A stretch of 64,000 nucleotides of DNA from the human T2T-CHM13v2.0 reference genome, Homo sapiens: the NCBI RefSeq assembly GCF_009914755.1, contig NC_060933.1, one strand, 5' to 3'. This document shows, one piece after another, positions 11,098 to 24,744 of the stretch (positions within the stretch are counted from its first letter, which is position 1; every line of letters begins with the position of its first letter). The notes beneath the pieces are model-generated. The model saw only the letters and a list, made by a program, of their open reading frames with translations, was not told where the DNA came from and did no database searches. Position numbers and translations under genes: made by a program.

Positions 11098-13500
11098 ATG
11101 GTCCCTGTGCTCCAGTTCGCCAGGCGGGCGCGGCGGAGACGGAGACCGAGGAACGCGGCTGGGGCCATGCGGCGCTACCGCGCGTGGTGGCGCTGTGTCT
11201 GGCCTGAGGCTTCTGCTCGCTCCTTTACGCCTTCAGCCAGCTCCCCATGTCCCCGGAGGAAGGAGCGGGCGGTGGTGGCGGGAAGCTGCAGGCCGCAGTG
11301 GCTTCCTGGCTGGCGGGAGGCGGATGCGGTGCGGTGAGAGGCGCGAGCAGTGCTTGTCCCGCTGCGCATCCCCGCAGGTGGGACAGGTGTAGTCTGAAAA
11401 TACAGCCTGTTGAGAAAATGCATCTAGGTGAAAGACTTGAAAAAACTATGACCATGTTGAAGTCAGCTATTATTTTCAGGATCAAACCTCTTCAATTCCA
11501 GATTTTTGCTGAAGATCAACTCATCATAGCTTTAAAGGAAGGCTTGACAGGGGTCATTTCTACAAATATTTAATTATACAATATACTCCATAACCTTTCC
11601 AAGTGAGAATGCAGCAGAGTGGAAAAACTCTTTAAACCATGTGGTTTGCAGAGATTGTCCTTGCCGTTATTCCTGAAAGAAGTTGACTCTCACACTGATA
11701 GCCTTTTTAAAAGACCAGCTGATAATATTTGGTCTTTACTAAAGAAATTTAATTCCACACAAATTCTGCAATGGCCCCAGAACACAAGGAATGTCAAATA
11801 GGATGATATAGTCGCTTTGCTAGGCATCCATACTGTGGAAAAGCTGGAGCAAACTCTGGAGTTATGTTGACAACTTGACTTGAATGAAAAGGAAGTATTT
11901 CAAAAATAATATGACAACTGTGTGACTACAATGAGAAGATATACTTATGACATGGCTTAAAATATACAAGTTAAACATTACATGGGCGATCAAGATTTGT
12001 TGGATATCCTGTTTTTTCATAATCCAGAAAGCCTTTTTGTCTTTCCGTGTCAATGGAAGTGTCGTCCAGATCATTGTCTATATGGAAGCAGTTGCCAAGA
12101 AGCAGGAGAAGGAATCTTTATTTTTCACGGGAACAGAGGTGTTTACCATGATGATAAGCAACCAGCATTTAGAGCTGTTTATGAAGCACTGAGAAATTGT
12201 TCTTTTAAGATGACAATGTTTATTCATTAATAAAACCTTTAGAATTGGAACTACAAAAAACAGTGCATACATACCGTGGAAAAATTTACTAAATATTTAT
12301 CAAACAATTAGCAAAAACATAAGAGATCGCTATGTCAGATCACCAAAGGAAAGGTGATTCTTGTTGCTTGCTACATCAAATGGATTAAAAGAACAAAGCA
12401 TCGGAGGATAAATATGAAGGAACTGTCTTGGGTGAAGCGTTAAGGCAGGAATTATTCATCTACAGAATATTTTTTTTCCTAAAGAGGTTAAATGAGCAGT
12501 ATTTTCAGGTAATGAAGAATAAGTTAAAATCTTGGGCTTCAACAAAGAAAAATTTTTGGCCTCTGATGTTGTGTAATGTTACTTACTATCATTCCAGTAT
12601 TGATGAAAATATTATTGAATGGTTTTAGCCTGCAAACTTCTGTTGACTCATACTCTCAAGAGTGGTGGGGCTGTGAAAATGAAGAAAATGTACCTCAAAC
12701 ACAGTGCAAACACTCAGGCAGTGAGTAGAGCAATAATTTTATGTCAGCACTAACCTCACTTTAAATGTGTGAGAGAAAAGTTTGTCTACAGGAGTAGAAA
12801 CAGTTCTGTTTCTAAAGAAATGTGATGTAACCAATGTAACCATGGATGATCTATATCTGCCTTTATACATTGCATCTCTGTTTTAAAATATTTTTATGAT
12901 AATCATATTTAAAATTGTTTTTAGATTATAAGGAAGCTGCATGTTAAAAATTGAGCTGTATAAGAAAGAGGAAATATAGTGAAAACTTTGGGGTTTTAAT
13001 CTGTGCGTGTGAGAGAGAGTGAGAAATATAGTGTTTTCATTGTGTATGCATTAAACTGTTGCTAAAACTCAGATCTAAGATTGTTAAGTAGATATTTAGG
13101 GAACTTTTTTATCACTTTAAATGAAAAATTTCAGCTTTACTGGGCATTCTGGAAGCAAAATATGTTATGCTGATGATAAAGTGAGAACCTTAAGAGTACA
13201 CTCATTTGATGGCGGAAAATGTGATGGACCAAAATGCAGAAGCTATACACGTCCTGTGAGTAGTAATTTTAGTTAAAATGGAGGAGGAAAATGTGGCGCA
13301 TTTAAACTTTTCTTCTACCTCATAATGGCTTTGCAAGATACTTGTAAAGAAGCAAATGTCTAGAGCCTTACTTTAAGAAAGTTAAACAACTTTGGTGAAT
13401 GATTTGGATTAAGATTGTTACATCCAGCTATAGAAATGTGGTTTTAATTGCGTTGATGTGAGTGAGTACCTTCCTTTTTTGAATACCACTTAAAACAGTT
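11098..13500 (+). pseudogene. GXYLT1P: Processed pseudogene of GXYLT1 (glucoside xylosyltransferase 1, GT8 family); CDS-homologous part 11167-12357, 3' UTR extent uncertain
   Basis: ATG 11167 (MRRY...), [70 protein letters not shown] (TGA 12355-12357); intronless, many frameshifts; no TSD or 3' end identified. Confidence 0.93.
11100..11385. promoter_or_regulatory. CpG-rich segment derived from GXYLT1 5' UTR/exon 1
   Basis: GC- and CpG-dense stretch in an otherwise AT-rich background; regulatory activity is not shown by the sequence. Confidence 0.55.
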
Positions 13501-14884
13501 AACTTTTTAAGTCTTGAAGATGAGAAAAATATTACTTATCTAATATAACTATTTTAATAGTTATCTAATTTATAGTTATCTACTATAACTATACATTCTG
13601 AATACTTAGCATGTACTGTGCTGGGGCACATATCTTGTTTTCCCAGCTGCTAAACGATTATCTTCCTTTTCTCCCTGGTATTTTAATGCTCAAGTGGAAA
13701 ATGGAAAATCATGAAGGAAAAATATCACTTGTGAAAATCGTGGAAGTTAGCTTTATGAAGACACAGTGGCCTCTGTGGGGACATGGGATATGCAGAAAGA
13801 GATGGCTAGTACAGTTGTTCTGTCTTCTGCAGTTCAGTCAGGGACATATTGAGAGAGGAAAGTTTAAGCAGGTACATTAGAAATTGATAACCAGCCCAGC
13901 ATTCTTAGAACAGATGGGTTTAGAGAACACGAGTTGTAGTTCCTTGGCAGAATGCCATGGTGGATATGAGAAACTGTGAACTGTGTTGAAATTGAGCTTG
14001 AGCAGAAAATGAGAATACTAAAAATTTGAAGTTCAGAGGGTATGCATTAGATTATTTCTAATGGTCCCCATATATGATCATTGCCTGCTTGACTATATAA
14101 GACTCCTGTTGGGAGCTTGAGAACAGATTGCTGAGCTTAGCCCTTTGGAGACTCTGGTATGCTGTGTCTGGGATGGAGTCTGCAAAAAAAAAAAAAATTT
14201 AAAGAAGAGACTTAAAAATTACACAAAACTAGAATAGTGCTTTGGTACTATCAGATTACTTGGGGGGCTATTCGCACTTCGATTCTTCATATAGAGGATG
14301 TGAACAGAGAAACATGCAGATAAATCAGTCAATGCCAACTGCTGGGGGAAACGTCCATAGTCTGCAGGTTCCCACAGAAAGGATAGCACTTCCATCCTCT
14401 CCCATGAGGGAAAAATAAAGGAGAAAAGCTTTCGGCCTCTCACCATAAGCTCATTCAGTCCTCCCCTTGGGAAGAGAAATGACTTAACTGAGGACTGTGC
14501 TTGAAAGTAGCTGTACTGGTGAAACTCAGCCTCTGTGGGTTTCTCTCTCTTTCAGAGTCAGCTCTCTTCAGGATGCGCATTTATTTCTCCCTTTGGAGGA
14601 GGCCTCAGTCCACCTCAGCCAAGGACTGAAAGGCACATCTGGCTAATTCAAGACTGGGGTATTGGGAGGTCCCCTTGGCCCCAGATCTATGATATGTTCT
14701 CAAGTCCTGAGACCTGCTGACTCTCGTGTCTCATTTCTCAGTTGGGTCATATCTTGGTGTTATTTGTGTTCCCAGCTCTAACAGGAAGGTTCCTAAGCAC
14801 TCATTTCTTCTTAACCAATTTCTGAAGGTAAAATGTTGGTGAAGAGTGCTCTTTTCTTCCTGCTACCATTAATTGGTGTTTATT

Positions 14885-15082
14885 TTGTGTCAGGCACTGT
14901 TGAGTATTTTACATTTCTTATCTAGTTTGATCTTTACAGCAACTTTATATGACAGACATTGTTCCCCCATTTTTCAGGCTAGAAATCTGAGGCCCAGTGT
15001 CCCACAATGGCTGTGTGGTGACACTAGGCTTTGAGCACAGATGGTTGACTTCCAAAGCCTATGTTCCTAACCATTATGCCAC
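14885..15082 (-). mobile_element. MIR fragment
   Basis: cccccatttttcaggctagaaatctgaggcccag...gacttccaaagcctatgttcctaaccattatgc. Confidence 0.7.
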
Positions 15083-15194
15083 TCTGTGTTGTGACAGTGT
15101 CAAACATACTTTCATTCATATGTATCTTTTAACTGATCATGTTCTTGTGTGATTTCTTTCAGAAAGGCTTTTACATCAAATATTGATAATGATA

Positions 15195-15350
15195 ATAATA
15201 ATGAACACATGTTGAGCACTTACCATGTCTCAAGCACTGCTCTAGAGCTTCCCATGAAAGAACCCCTCTAATCTTCAGAACAACCCTGTGAGGTAGGTGC
15301 TACTATTACTCTGTTTTCACAAGTAAAGAAACTAAGCACAGCAGATCCAC
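15195..15350 (-). mobile_element. MIR fragment
   Basis: gagcacttaccatgt...caaccctgtgaggtaggtgctactattactctgttttcacaagtaaagaaactaagcacag. Confidence 0.75.
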
Positions 15351-18300
15351 AGTCATTCTGTAGGATGCTGTGTAGAATGGCTCCTGGGACACTGGGAAAG
15401 CTCTTCTGCACCTCAGTATCTTCTTTACTGGTTCATTAATGTCTGATATTCCTGCATGAGAAAGCACAACATAGACAGAAAGCTTAATATGTATATACAC
15501 ACACTGAGAGATAAGGCATTGACATAACATCTCATTATAGGTATTAGAAATGCAGTCTCAAGAGCAGGTTCTCGTGGGGTGACAGGCAGGGTATTCTAGG
15601 GGAAGGAATATCCCAAGGAAGGTGGCATTACAAAGGAAGAGGAGAAAGAAAGATGTAAATGAGGAGACACTGATTTTCTTCCATTGCAAAGTTTTCCAAG
15701 GCTGGCCCCTTTTCTATTACATTCTTACCCAGTAACTCATACTTTCCCTAGAGCTCTTGCAAGAAAGAACTATTGAGAAAGTAGCCCATCTGAAAGTATA
15801 TTTCTTGCTGTTTGTCTGCTTCCAGAACTGGCTGAAGTTTACTTTTTGGTTCTCCAGAGACCTAGCTTCTTCCAATGTGGTCTATTTAATCTCCTGTCAT
15901 GTGGGAAATTATATTCAAAATCTCCATGATCCTCTGTCCATAGTAAGTTATGCATGTAGTGAGAAGTACATGCCACAAGGTCTTGAGATTATATCTGCAA
16001 TGTGTTGCTGCTGGCTGTTGATCAAGATAGGCTGGGAGAAAAACATTATTTTCAGGTGTGAAAAACTGTCACCTTTATCAAATAATTCTTCTTGCATATT
16101 TCCCAAGACATTGTAGCCTATTTAAACTCGGGAGGTTAATTTTGTAGCATTCATTATGACCGAAAATGTAGTTCACACAATCATGATGCTCCCTTTATTA
16201 GGTGTTACTGTTAAACAATATTAAAATACACACAATGTGGCTGGTCTTTTGTAAGCTACATGGCATGTTTACTTCTTTGCCAGGTTTCTTAATTGCATTT
16301 CTTCATCTTTCCGAATACCAGTGTCACTGTCACCCACAATATTTGCTGTTTTGAGCACATGGTTTACATTTTATTTTGCCCAATAATAGAATATGATGGG
16401 GACATCTTATCTGAGTGTTTCATAGTATGCTGTAGTTTGAATTCTTGGCTGTTGGTTTCCCAGAGTCCCAGCTCCTGCCACTGCATTCTGCCTTTATAAA
16501 TGGAGAATAATGGCTCTAAAAAAAATTCACCTAAGAATCTCATGATAGTGGAGAAGGAGGACCATGGAAATGCTAAAGCCTCCCACTTGGCTTCTGTAAA
16601 TCATGCAGAGGATCAGGAAAATGATTGAAAGTAACGTATCCCAAACAAAGAAGTCAGCTGTATAATTCAAGACCTGTGTCTGGCTGTAAAAAAAACAAAA
16701 AACAAACAAACAAAAAACACAAACAAACAAAAAAATGGAAAGAATAACTTTGCTACTCATCTTGTTTGAAAAACTGGAGCAGAATGAGTATCTAGACTCA
16801 GTTTCAGAAGAAATGTTAAATACTGATAGGGGCACATTCAAGATCTTTAGGATTTTTTGGGGGGAGGAGAGGGGAACATAAAAAAGCAATAATAAAGATA
16901 AATCTGAATGCAGGAAAAATACACATAATCCATGAATCTAACACCTGTTTTCGCATGTTTATCACCTTTGTCCCTATGTAGATCTATGTTTTCTTTCATA
17001 GTTGCAGTCATAGAATATATTCTATTCTCTAAGCTTTTATCCTTCAACATTATAGGAGAATGTTGTTCCATGTTACCACATAGCCAACTGTTTCAAAACT
17101 TGTCTAGTGAATTCTGTGCTGTTGTTTTCACAGGGAGAAACATGCACATGTATATTACTTGGTTTTTTTTTTTCTGTTGAATCATACTCTTGGAATAAAT
17201 TTTTTTCAGTGAGGTTTTTGGTTCCAAAAAGTATAAACATTTTGGTGATCTTTAGTAAGTTGTATTGCTTTCCAAAGAAGTGATAGGAATTATACTTGCC
17301 ACCCCAACAGTGAAAGAATTGTAATTTAATTTCAATGTAACAGAGGATGCTACTCTTGCTATTATATTTTCTATTATAATGAAAACCGTTAAAGATTTAA
17401 ACCAAGGTGGATTGTCTTTCAGGAGCTGCTGTTAAATGAACACCTTGATATCTTCGTTCTTGGAGAGAAATGAGCCAAGGAGGAAGACCATCTAAAAAAA
17501 ACCACTAGACAATTTGTGCTCACTGGAGTGGTATCTGCTGGGCAAAAGGTCTTTAGAATGACTCGTGGATTTTCTGGCAAGTGGCAAACCACACAAGTGC
17601 TATGTCAGGCCAGGAAGACAGGTGCAGCCCTGTCAGTGTCAAAGAAGAACACTGGTAGCAGAAGAGCTAAGAGTGAATGAAAATTGAATTATCTTTATTT
17701 CTAGGACTTGTCTATTGAGAAACAACAGTGCTGGCAACCATTTACTACCAACAAGAGGCAGTTCCAAGAGAAGAATATAAAATATGCTCTGCTCAATCCC
17801 ACAAAACTCAGAGTGTCTCACAATGGCCAATTTCTTATTTTTACCCTGTCCAGAGACAAGGAAGGATGTATCAGGGAGCTGCTAGCCTCTGCGATGAATA
17901 ACTTGAGTCAGGCTGCAACATGTGAAAGAATTCAGCTGATCAGGATTTATAACACTAGCTGGATTTTTTGCTTTCTTTGGGGTTCATGAAGCGTGGTGTT
18001 GTGAGATACCACAGGAGTCCCAGAATAAAGTTACATACCTATTTCTCTTCCTTATTTTTATTTTTTTGGCACGTTCATACCATTTTATTACCAACATCGT
18101 TGGCATCCCTGAGTATGAGAGTTCAGAAGAAACTTAGAGGCTATTGTCTGATTCAATCCTTGCAGCTTACAAAAAGAAATGTGGGGAGCAGTCACTGTGT
18201 GACTAGCCTGAGGTCACTCAGGAAGTTAGAGGCAGAACTGCAGCCAGGGTCACCTCTCTTTACTGCTACTAGTGTGCTCTTTCTACTGCACCCTGATCAT

Positions 18301-20674
18301 AAAACATCTCCCAACCCAGGAACAAGGTCTACCGCATAGGTGGTCACAGCAGCATGATCACTATCTCAGTCATCTGTACTCCTCCTTTGCTTTGACCAAA
18401 GACACAGGAAGGGACCTTTTGCCCCACATAAAACACCTCTCAGAGGCTTGGCAACAACAACAGATAATAGAGAGCATTGACCTAAGACCAACATTTCAAC
18501 CATGGTGTCAAAACAATATTTTATTTCAGCAAAGAAAAACTATGTCACAAGTGGATTATTATTACTAATAATCAGACTAGTGGTACTTGCGAATGACTTG
18601 GTTTCATACTCACACTTGGACAACTATGCACACTGAGTATAACTGACCTTATGAGAACATCATTCTCACTAAGATTATGATGTGCTTTCTCACGTGGGAA
18701 CTGTACATAATATTGTGTGTACCCTTGGGAGGATGTCCTGCCTGTGATGTTGTCTTTCAGGGGAAGAAGAATGGTTGAGAATTGAGGGTATATTAAACAT
18801 TTACTCCTCCAGATTTTTCAAGATTTCTGTTAATCCAGATCAGAAGAAAGCCATCTATTTGGATTGCATCACTCTAACCTGGTAAGTCGAATTGTCTACA
18901 CAGAATTATAATTTCACGATATGTCCAGATTACTTACCGAGAGCCAATTTGAGACACAAACAGGACTAGTAAAACATCTTTGCACTGTGGGTAGTGTTGC
19001 TATCAAAGACCTTATACATTATGTCATTCAAGAACCTTTATATTAAGATCCTTATGGAAAATCTTTCCCAAAGTTTAACCCTATGATAAAGGGTTTTTTT
19101 CTCCTGGTAACATAGTGGGCAATTGGGAACTGTTTAACCCAATGCATTGATTTCATTGATTGTTTTGGTTGCCGAGAAGTATGGATGCTCAGAATAGGTT
19201 TTCTTGTTTTCAACTGCTAATTCCTTTATTTAAATTGTAATAAATGTTTCCCTTTACTTCTTTCCTTTTTCTTTTTAAGAAATTTAATGTATTTCATAAT
19301 AAATTATAAGTTATCAATAGATCAGTTAGCATAGAATAGTTTGGAATAATGCTTAGAGATCTCCCATTGAAAAAGACCCCAGTACCATAGGGTTCACAGT
19401 TGAGTGTTAACTGAACTTGAACAAATTCTGATTTTATTTAAAATGATCAAAGCCTAGAAAAAAAACTCCTGCAGATCATATGGGGCACATAATAACTAAA
19501 AAAAAAAAGAAACAAAGAGGGGTGGCTTTCTTCAATTAATTTTATAGTGTAATATCAAAGCTTAATAGTTAATATATTTCATCTAATGTAGAATGTCAAT
19601 GTTTAGAAATCAGACATTATTTCATGTACCATTAGAGATATACTGCCAATTAAACTGTGACTTCCTTACCAAAAGCAAAAAAAGGAATTTTAAAGATATT
19701 AAAACATGTAAAGAAGAATATAAGCACTATACTCCCAACCCCTTCAATTAACATGTTAATATTTTATTGCATTGGTTTTCAGTAATTACTTTTAATAAAA
19801 TAAAGCATTATTAGCTAATGTTCCACCCCTACCACTCCAATCTCATTCTCCTTCTAGGTCCCCCAGGCCCAATTGCTAAAATAAATTTGTTGTACACTTC
19901 AAAGTCAATTTTCTATACGTTTGCACATAAATATGTGCATTCGTAGAAAGTATTTTTGTGCTGAGAAGGTAGAATAAGCCCTTCAAAGTTGTTGATGTTC
20001 AGATTCCAGTTGGCAAAAGTCTTACACATGTGGCATTAAATATTTTCAGTATTAAACATGCACATTCCACAAGTTCAGCAGTTCTGTAATATACATCCAG
20101 AGTCTGCCCTGAGGGATGCTTACAACCTTAGTATAAACTCTCACTCACCCCTTTTAGAGAATAAAACTTACACCTATGTAATGACCAGTCCAGGTACAAG
20201 GGTGTCCTCTAAGAACATTCATTCATGTATTCAAAAAATCTTTATTGAGCACCTGCACATTTCATGCCAGGGAGGTGACCTGTGTTCTCCCTACACAACA
20301 GGAGAAAGAGTGGTGGCATCAGCAGGAAAGTGCAGTGGAAAGGAGGAGCTGACTTTGGCAGGAAAAAGAACGATATTACTTTGAATTTATCAACTCTGAC
20401 GTAACATCCTGATAAAAAGTGTCATATCCAAATCACGTTGAAGATTCTCAAAGGACAGTACCAAAGTTGAATAAAAACACAGTGCCTCAAATGGGAAGTA
20501 GTATAGAAAGGCCTGAGGCTGGGGTATGGAGGCACACGCTGTGCAGAGAACGAGGGAAAAGAAGAGTGAACAACTGCTCGGGGTGGGGTTGCATTGATGG
20601 CGAGAGATGGGTGTAACATGCATTTATGAGGACAGACATGATCAGGTTTAACGAAAAAGAATTTTTTCTTTTTC

Positions 20675-21114
20675 CAGCAGTCCCACTATGGGGCATTTAT
20701 CTACAGGAAAGGAAATCAGCATATTTAGGAGATACCTGCACCCTCATGTTTATAGCAGCCACTATTCACAGTAGCCAAGATTAGAATCAACCTAAATGTC
20801 CAAAAACATAATCGATTAAAAATGTAGTGTCTATTCACAGTGGAGTACTATTTAGCCGTAAAAATAATGAAATCCTGTCCTTGGCTGCAACATGGATCAG
20901 CCTGGAACACTATATTAAGTGAAATAACCTAGGCACAGAATTATAAATCTTGCATGTTCTCACTCATATGTGGGAGCTAAAAAAAAAACGAACTGAACTC
21001 ATGGAAGTGGAGAGTAGAATTCTGGTTATTACAGGCTGGGGAGAGCAACAGGGAGGAGAGGACAGGGAGAGGTTGGTTAACAAATACAAACTTACAGCTA
21101 GATAGGAGGAATGA
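20675..21114 (+). mobile_element. L1MA-type 3' fragment, truncated at the duplication junction
   Basis: End of ORF2 and 3' UTR motifs (gcaacatggat...catgttctcactcatatgtgggagctaaaa...acagctagataggaggaatgag); stops abruptly with no poly(A). Confidence 0.85.
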
Positions 21115-22568
21115 GCACACCTATGACACCTAGCTGGGAATCGACAAGTGTGACAACTCCTCCACCTCCACGTCCCTGAAGATGGGATACACGCAGGGCG
21201 CTCATCAGAGCGGCCAGGCCTTTGGCCTGGGCCCGCAGATATACGACCCCAAGTACTACTGGGGAGGCCCAGTGGCCCACGGTGCTCCCTCGGGCTCCGG
21301 CGACTGCCCGGGGCCAGGGGAGGCCCCTGAATATCTCCCTTACTACCAGGAGGAGACCGGCTACTGAGGCTCCCAGCACGCTCTCTCCACACATGATCTC
21401 CCCTCTGGGTGTTTGGGTTTTTCTGTGTTTTCATCTTTTTTTTTTTAACCTGTTCAGTGCTGCCAGTCAACCGAGGGTCTGTGAGTGGCAGCGTGGGATC
21501 AGGCAGCAGGGATTTTTCCCCCACCTCCCCTTGCTTTGGTTCCTTCTCAGGACTGAGCCACCGGGCTGTGGGGGAAGGGATCAAGGCCGTATCCTGATGC
21601 GTGTAGGGTGAAGGTGCCCGCTGGCACTTCCAGGCTGTGGGCTGAGCTGTGCTGGAGAGAAGAGACCTGGACATGGAGGGAACTGGTCCCTGAAGGTTTC
21701 TGGTTGCCTCTCCTCTTCCCCTTTTCTCAGCCTATCAGTAAGTGGTTTCTGTACCCGCAAAAGTTTCAGGAAGTATTAACAAAATAAAAATTTTTTTTTT
21801 TCCCGAGGAATGGGGCGGGGACAGTGGAGAGGGTGCTAGGAAATGAGTCCCCTGGGAGAGGGGGCCCAGCCACGATGCTAAAATATCTCAGGCTCCTGAG
21901 TGGCTGGATTTCCCTAGGACCCTCAGACCAACAGACCTCAGACCTACGCTGGGACCCCGTGAGGAAACTGAGGCCCGTACAAGGTAGTGGAATTTTGAGT
22001 TGTCAGGGTTAAGCCTGACCCATCTCCATCCTAGCTCCCCCACCTCCGTGGCCCTCAGTAGGGTTTTTTGTTTGTTTTTGTTTTTTTTGAGATGTAGTCT
22101 CACTCTGTCGCCCAGGCTGAAGCGCACTGGAGTAATCTCACCTCACTGCACCTCGGCCTACTGGGCTCAAGCGATTCTCCTGCTTCAGCCTCCAGAATAG
22201 CTGGGACTACAGGCGCCCACCACCACGCCTGCCTAATTTTTTGTATTTTTAGTAGAGACGGGATTTCACCATGTTGGCCAGGCTGGTTTGGAACTCTTGC
22301 CCTCATGTTATCTGCCTGTTTCGTCCTCCCAAAGTGTGGGATGACAGGCGTGAGCCACCGCGCCCAGGCCCTCAGTAGGTCTTAAGGAGCCCCGGCCCTC
22401 CTTCTCCCCTTCTGGGCCTGACCAGGTCTACTGCTCTATCTCCCCCGGCCCCAGGCCACGCCAAGTACTGCACAGAGCCCTCCCCGCAGGGGCCCTGTGC
22501 TATGAGATAATGTGAAATACCGACTGTGGACCAAACGCAATAAAACCTCTGTTTTTAAGAAGAAAATG
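21115..22568 (+). pseudogene. CNN2P: 5'-truncated CNN2 pseudogene copy (C-terminal CDS + 3' UTR), made by DNA-level duplication
   Basis: ORF 21182-21367 MGYTQGAHQSGQAFGLGPQIYDPKY...PEYLPYYQEETGY*; AATAAA 22539-22544; same TSD copy (AAAAGACTTA, 22569-22578) and same downstream flank as the left copy. Confidence 0.95.
22064..22370 (-). mobile_element. AluS in the duplicated CNN2P 3' UTR
   Basis: Mirror of 7674-7986. Confidence 0.92.
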
Positions 22569-24744
22569 AAAAGACTTAAAACTGGCATTTTAAGACTTTA
22601 CTATATATTATTAAACATATATTAAATATAAATGTTATACAATTTAGCGCCTCTATCTCCCAGTCTCTGGTTAGGAACTTAACTTTCCTAAGCCTCAATT
22701 AGTAAACACTTCTGGCCTAGCCACGTTGACCCGCCTCTCTCCTAACATCATCCAGTACATTTCGGAAGCGCATGCAAAACTCTCCCACCTTCTGTTTCAA
22801 CAGATATGTCAACTGATACAATTATACAATAATTGCATAATATTAGATTTAATCTCACAATCACACTCAGCTTGATTACTAACCCTTCTCCTACACCTTG
22901 CTCACCTAAATTTATCTACATTTTCTATGAATTGAAATAGCTTAGAAATGTATGTTGTCTGTGTATTATAGTGTAAGTTATTGTAATATAGAAATATGGA
23001 CTTTCTTTAACTCCCATTTGCTGCCTAGGAAATACCAATATTTTCTAAGCATGGCAAGTGTTTCCAAGCATTCAGAAGTGGAGAGTGTGGGAAATCCACT
23101 GCAGAATGAGGTCTGCTTGTCATCCTCTCAGTCTCAACTGCTCTCCCTCCTTCATCGCTCTCTGTTTCATTGGTGAGTATAGAAGATCAGGCATTTTTAT
23201 ATGAAATGAAAATTGATGGAACTAAGGTGTTGATTTGAATATCCAACCGACCATTTATTGAGTGTCCATTACAAGTTAAATTGTGTTGTAGAGAACAGCT
23301 CAGGAAATGAATGCTTGACATTGATGTACATAACAAAAATACAAACATACCATTAAAAAATCAGACCTCTTATGAGCATCCAGATTCTCATGTAAGTTTT
23401 GTGAAGCTCTTTCAAAATGAGAATGTAAAATTTCAAAAAAAACATCATTTTCACAAGTCATTCTTGAGACAGAAAAGTGGAAATAGAAGTTCATATATGG
23501 ATGTTTCACTAGCTCAAATCTTATGTACAGTTTTTAATCAATTGACACCCATATAATTCTTAGTTTTATATACTGATAGTCATTAGAAATTACAAATTTT
23601 AAAAAATATTCATGTCTCATTCTATGAATCAATCTAAAAATTGCATTCATTTGGTTATATTTCTTCATTTTACCTGGCCTTGAATACTTCTTTCCTGCCC
23701 AGCATTAAATTTAATTAATGTCTAATTTGTTTACTTGGTTTAGTTATTTTGGCCATGTTCAGTACACTTGTTATGAAGCAGGCATGTAGGAATGTTGACA
23801 AGTTTATGGTCCTCACTCTTCCAAATCCCTAATGGCGGCACCCCAACAGACACATACCACAATGTAAACACATACACACACACACAATCACACCCACCCA
23901 TACTCACCCACGTACACACAGACACACACACACACTCCAGTGGATCAACACATAAAACACTCCACAGGCAGACATCGTACAGCAGGGATCTCTTAGTGCA
24001 CTACACACTTCTGTAAATTATCAGGACTCTTCAATTGAGGTGAGTCTACAGAGATTTCAAAGGCTATTTGAGTGCTAAGCTATCTAACTAGTGGTTGGAC
24101 ACTATTTAAATAATGCATTAAACACAACTCTTGAGGCTCTGAAGAATTTCTGTGCTTTCCAATGAACCAGGAGTTACAAGGTTCTGAAAGCCACAACTGT
24201 GTTACATCCTTTAATAGATAAAGCAAAGCTGATTTTAATGTGAATATACTTTATAGTTATTTCTATTCCTGTTAATTTTTGTTTGCTTGTAATACACATT
24301 TTTATGTAACTGGGAGTAAGGAACATCTTAGGAAAAATAAAACAAAAAATAAAATTTCGCTGTTTACACTGTGCCTTGGTCCAGTAACCCTGCACTGCAC
24401 ATATACACTTTAAATTGGTGTCTTGGGGAACCACTTTGGTATTTCTTTTTTTTTCGTTTATGTTGTAAACCTTTCTTGTAAAAATAAACAAAAAAAAAGA
24501 CAAACACATTAGACTATGTCAACATGAGGTCAGGATAATCAATGTTACTGTCTGAACCTCCACATCTTGTCCCACTGAAAAGGCTTCAGAGGTAGTTACA
24601 CTCATGGAGTTGTTATTTCCTATGGTAATGATGGTTCTTTCTGTAATACTTCCTGAAAGATTTGCTTGAGGCTATTGCACAGATTTAACTTTTTTTCCAT
24701 AAGTAGAAGGGGTAATTCTAATGATAAAAATTGTAGTATATAAA

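Larger units (their letters stand above)
21115..24445. repeat. Right arm of ~3.3-kb inverted duplication (partner 5618-8926)
   Basis: Reverse complement of the left arm with scattered substitutions and private indels. Confidence 0.97.

Noticed and set aside
14184-14197. A14 run as the GXYLT1P poly(A) tail
   Set aside because: No upstream AATAAA and no TSD matching the flank near 11080-11098. The A-rich run at ~16688-16735 fails the same test, so the 3' end is left unresolved.
20964-21674. Longest ORF (236 aa, minus strand)
   Set aside because: It is antisense to the CNN2P CDS/3' UTR and runs into L1MA; the paralogous left-arm frame is broken. This is GC-rich antisense openness with no recognisable protein.
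21115-24500. Right arm as a retrotransposed read-through transcript (AATAAA plus A run at ~24484-24498)
   Set aside because: Homology to the left arm ends at 24445, before the signal; there is no TSD and the interrupted L1MA does not resume. DNA-level duplication fits better.
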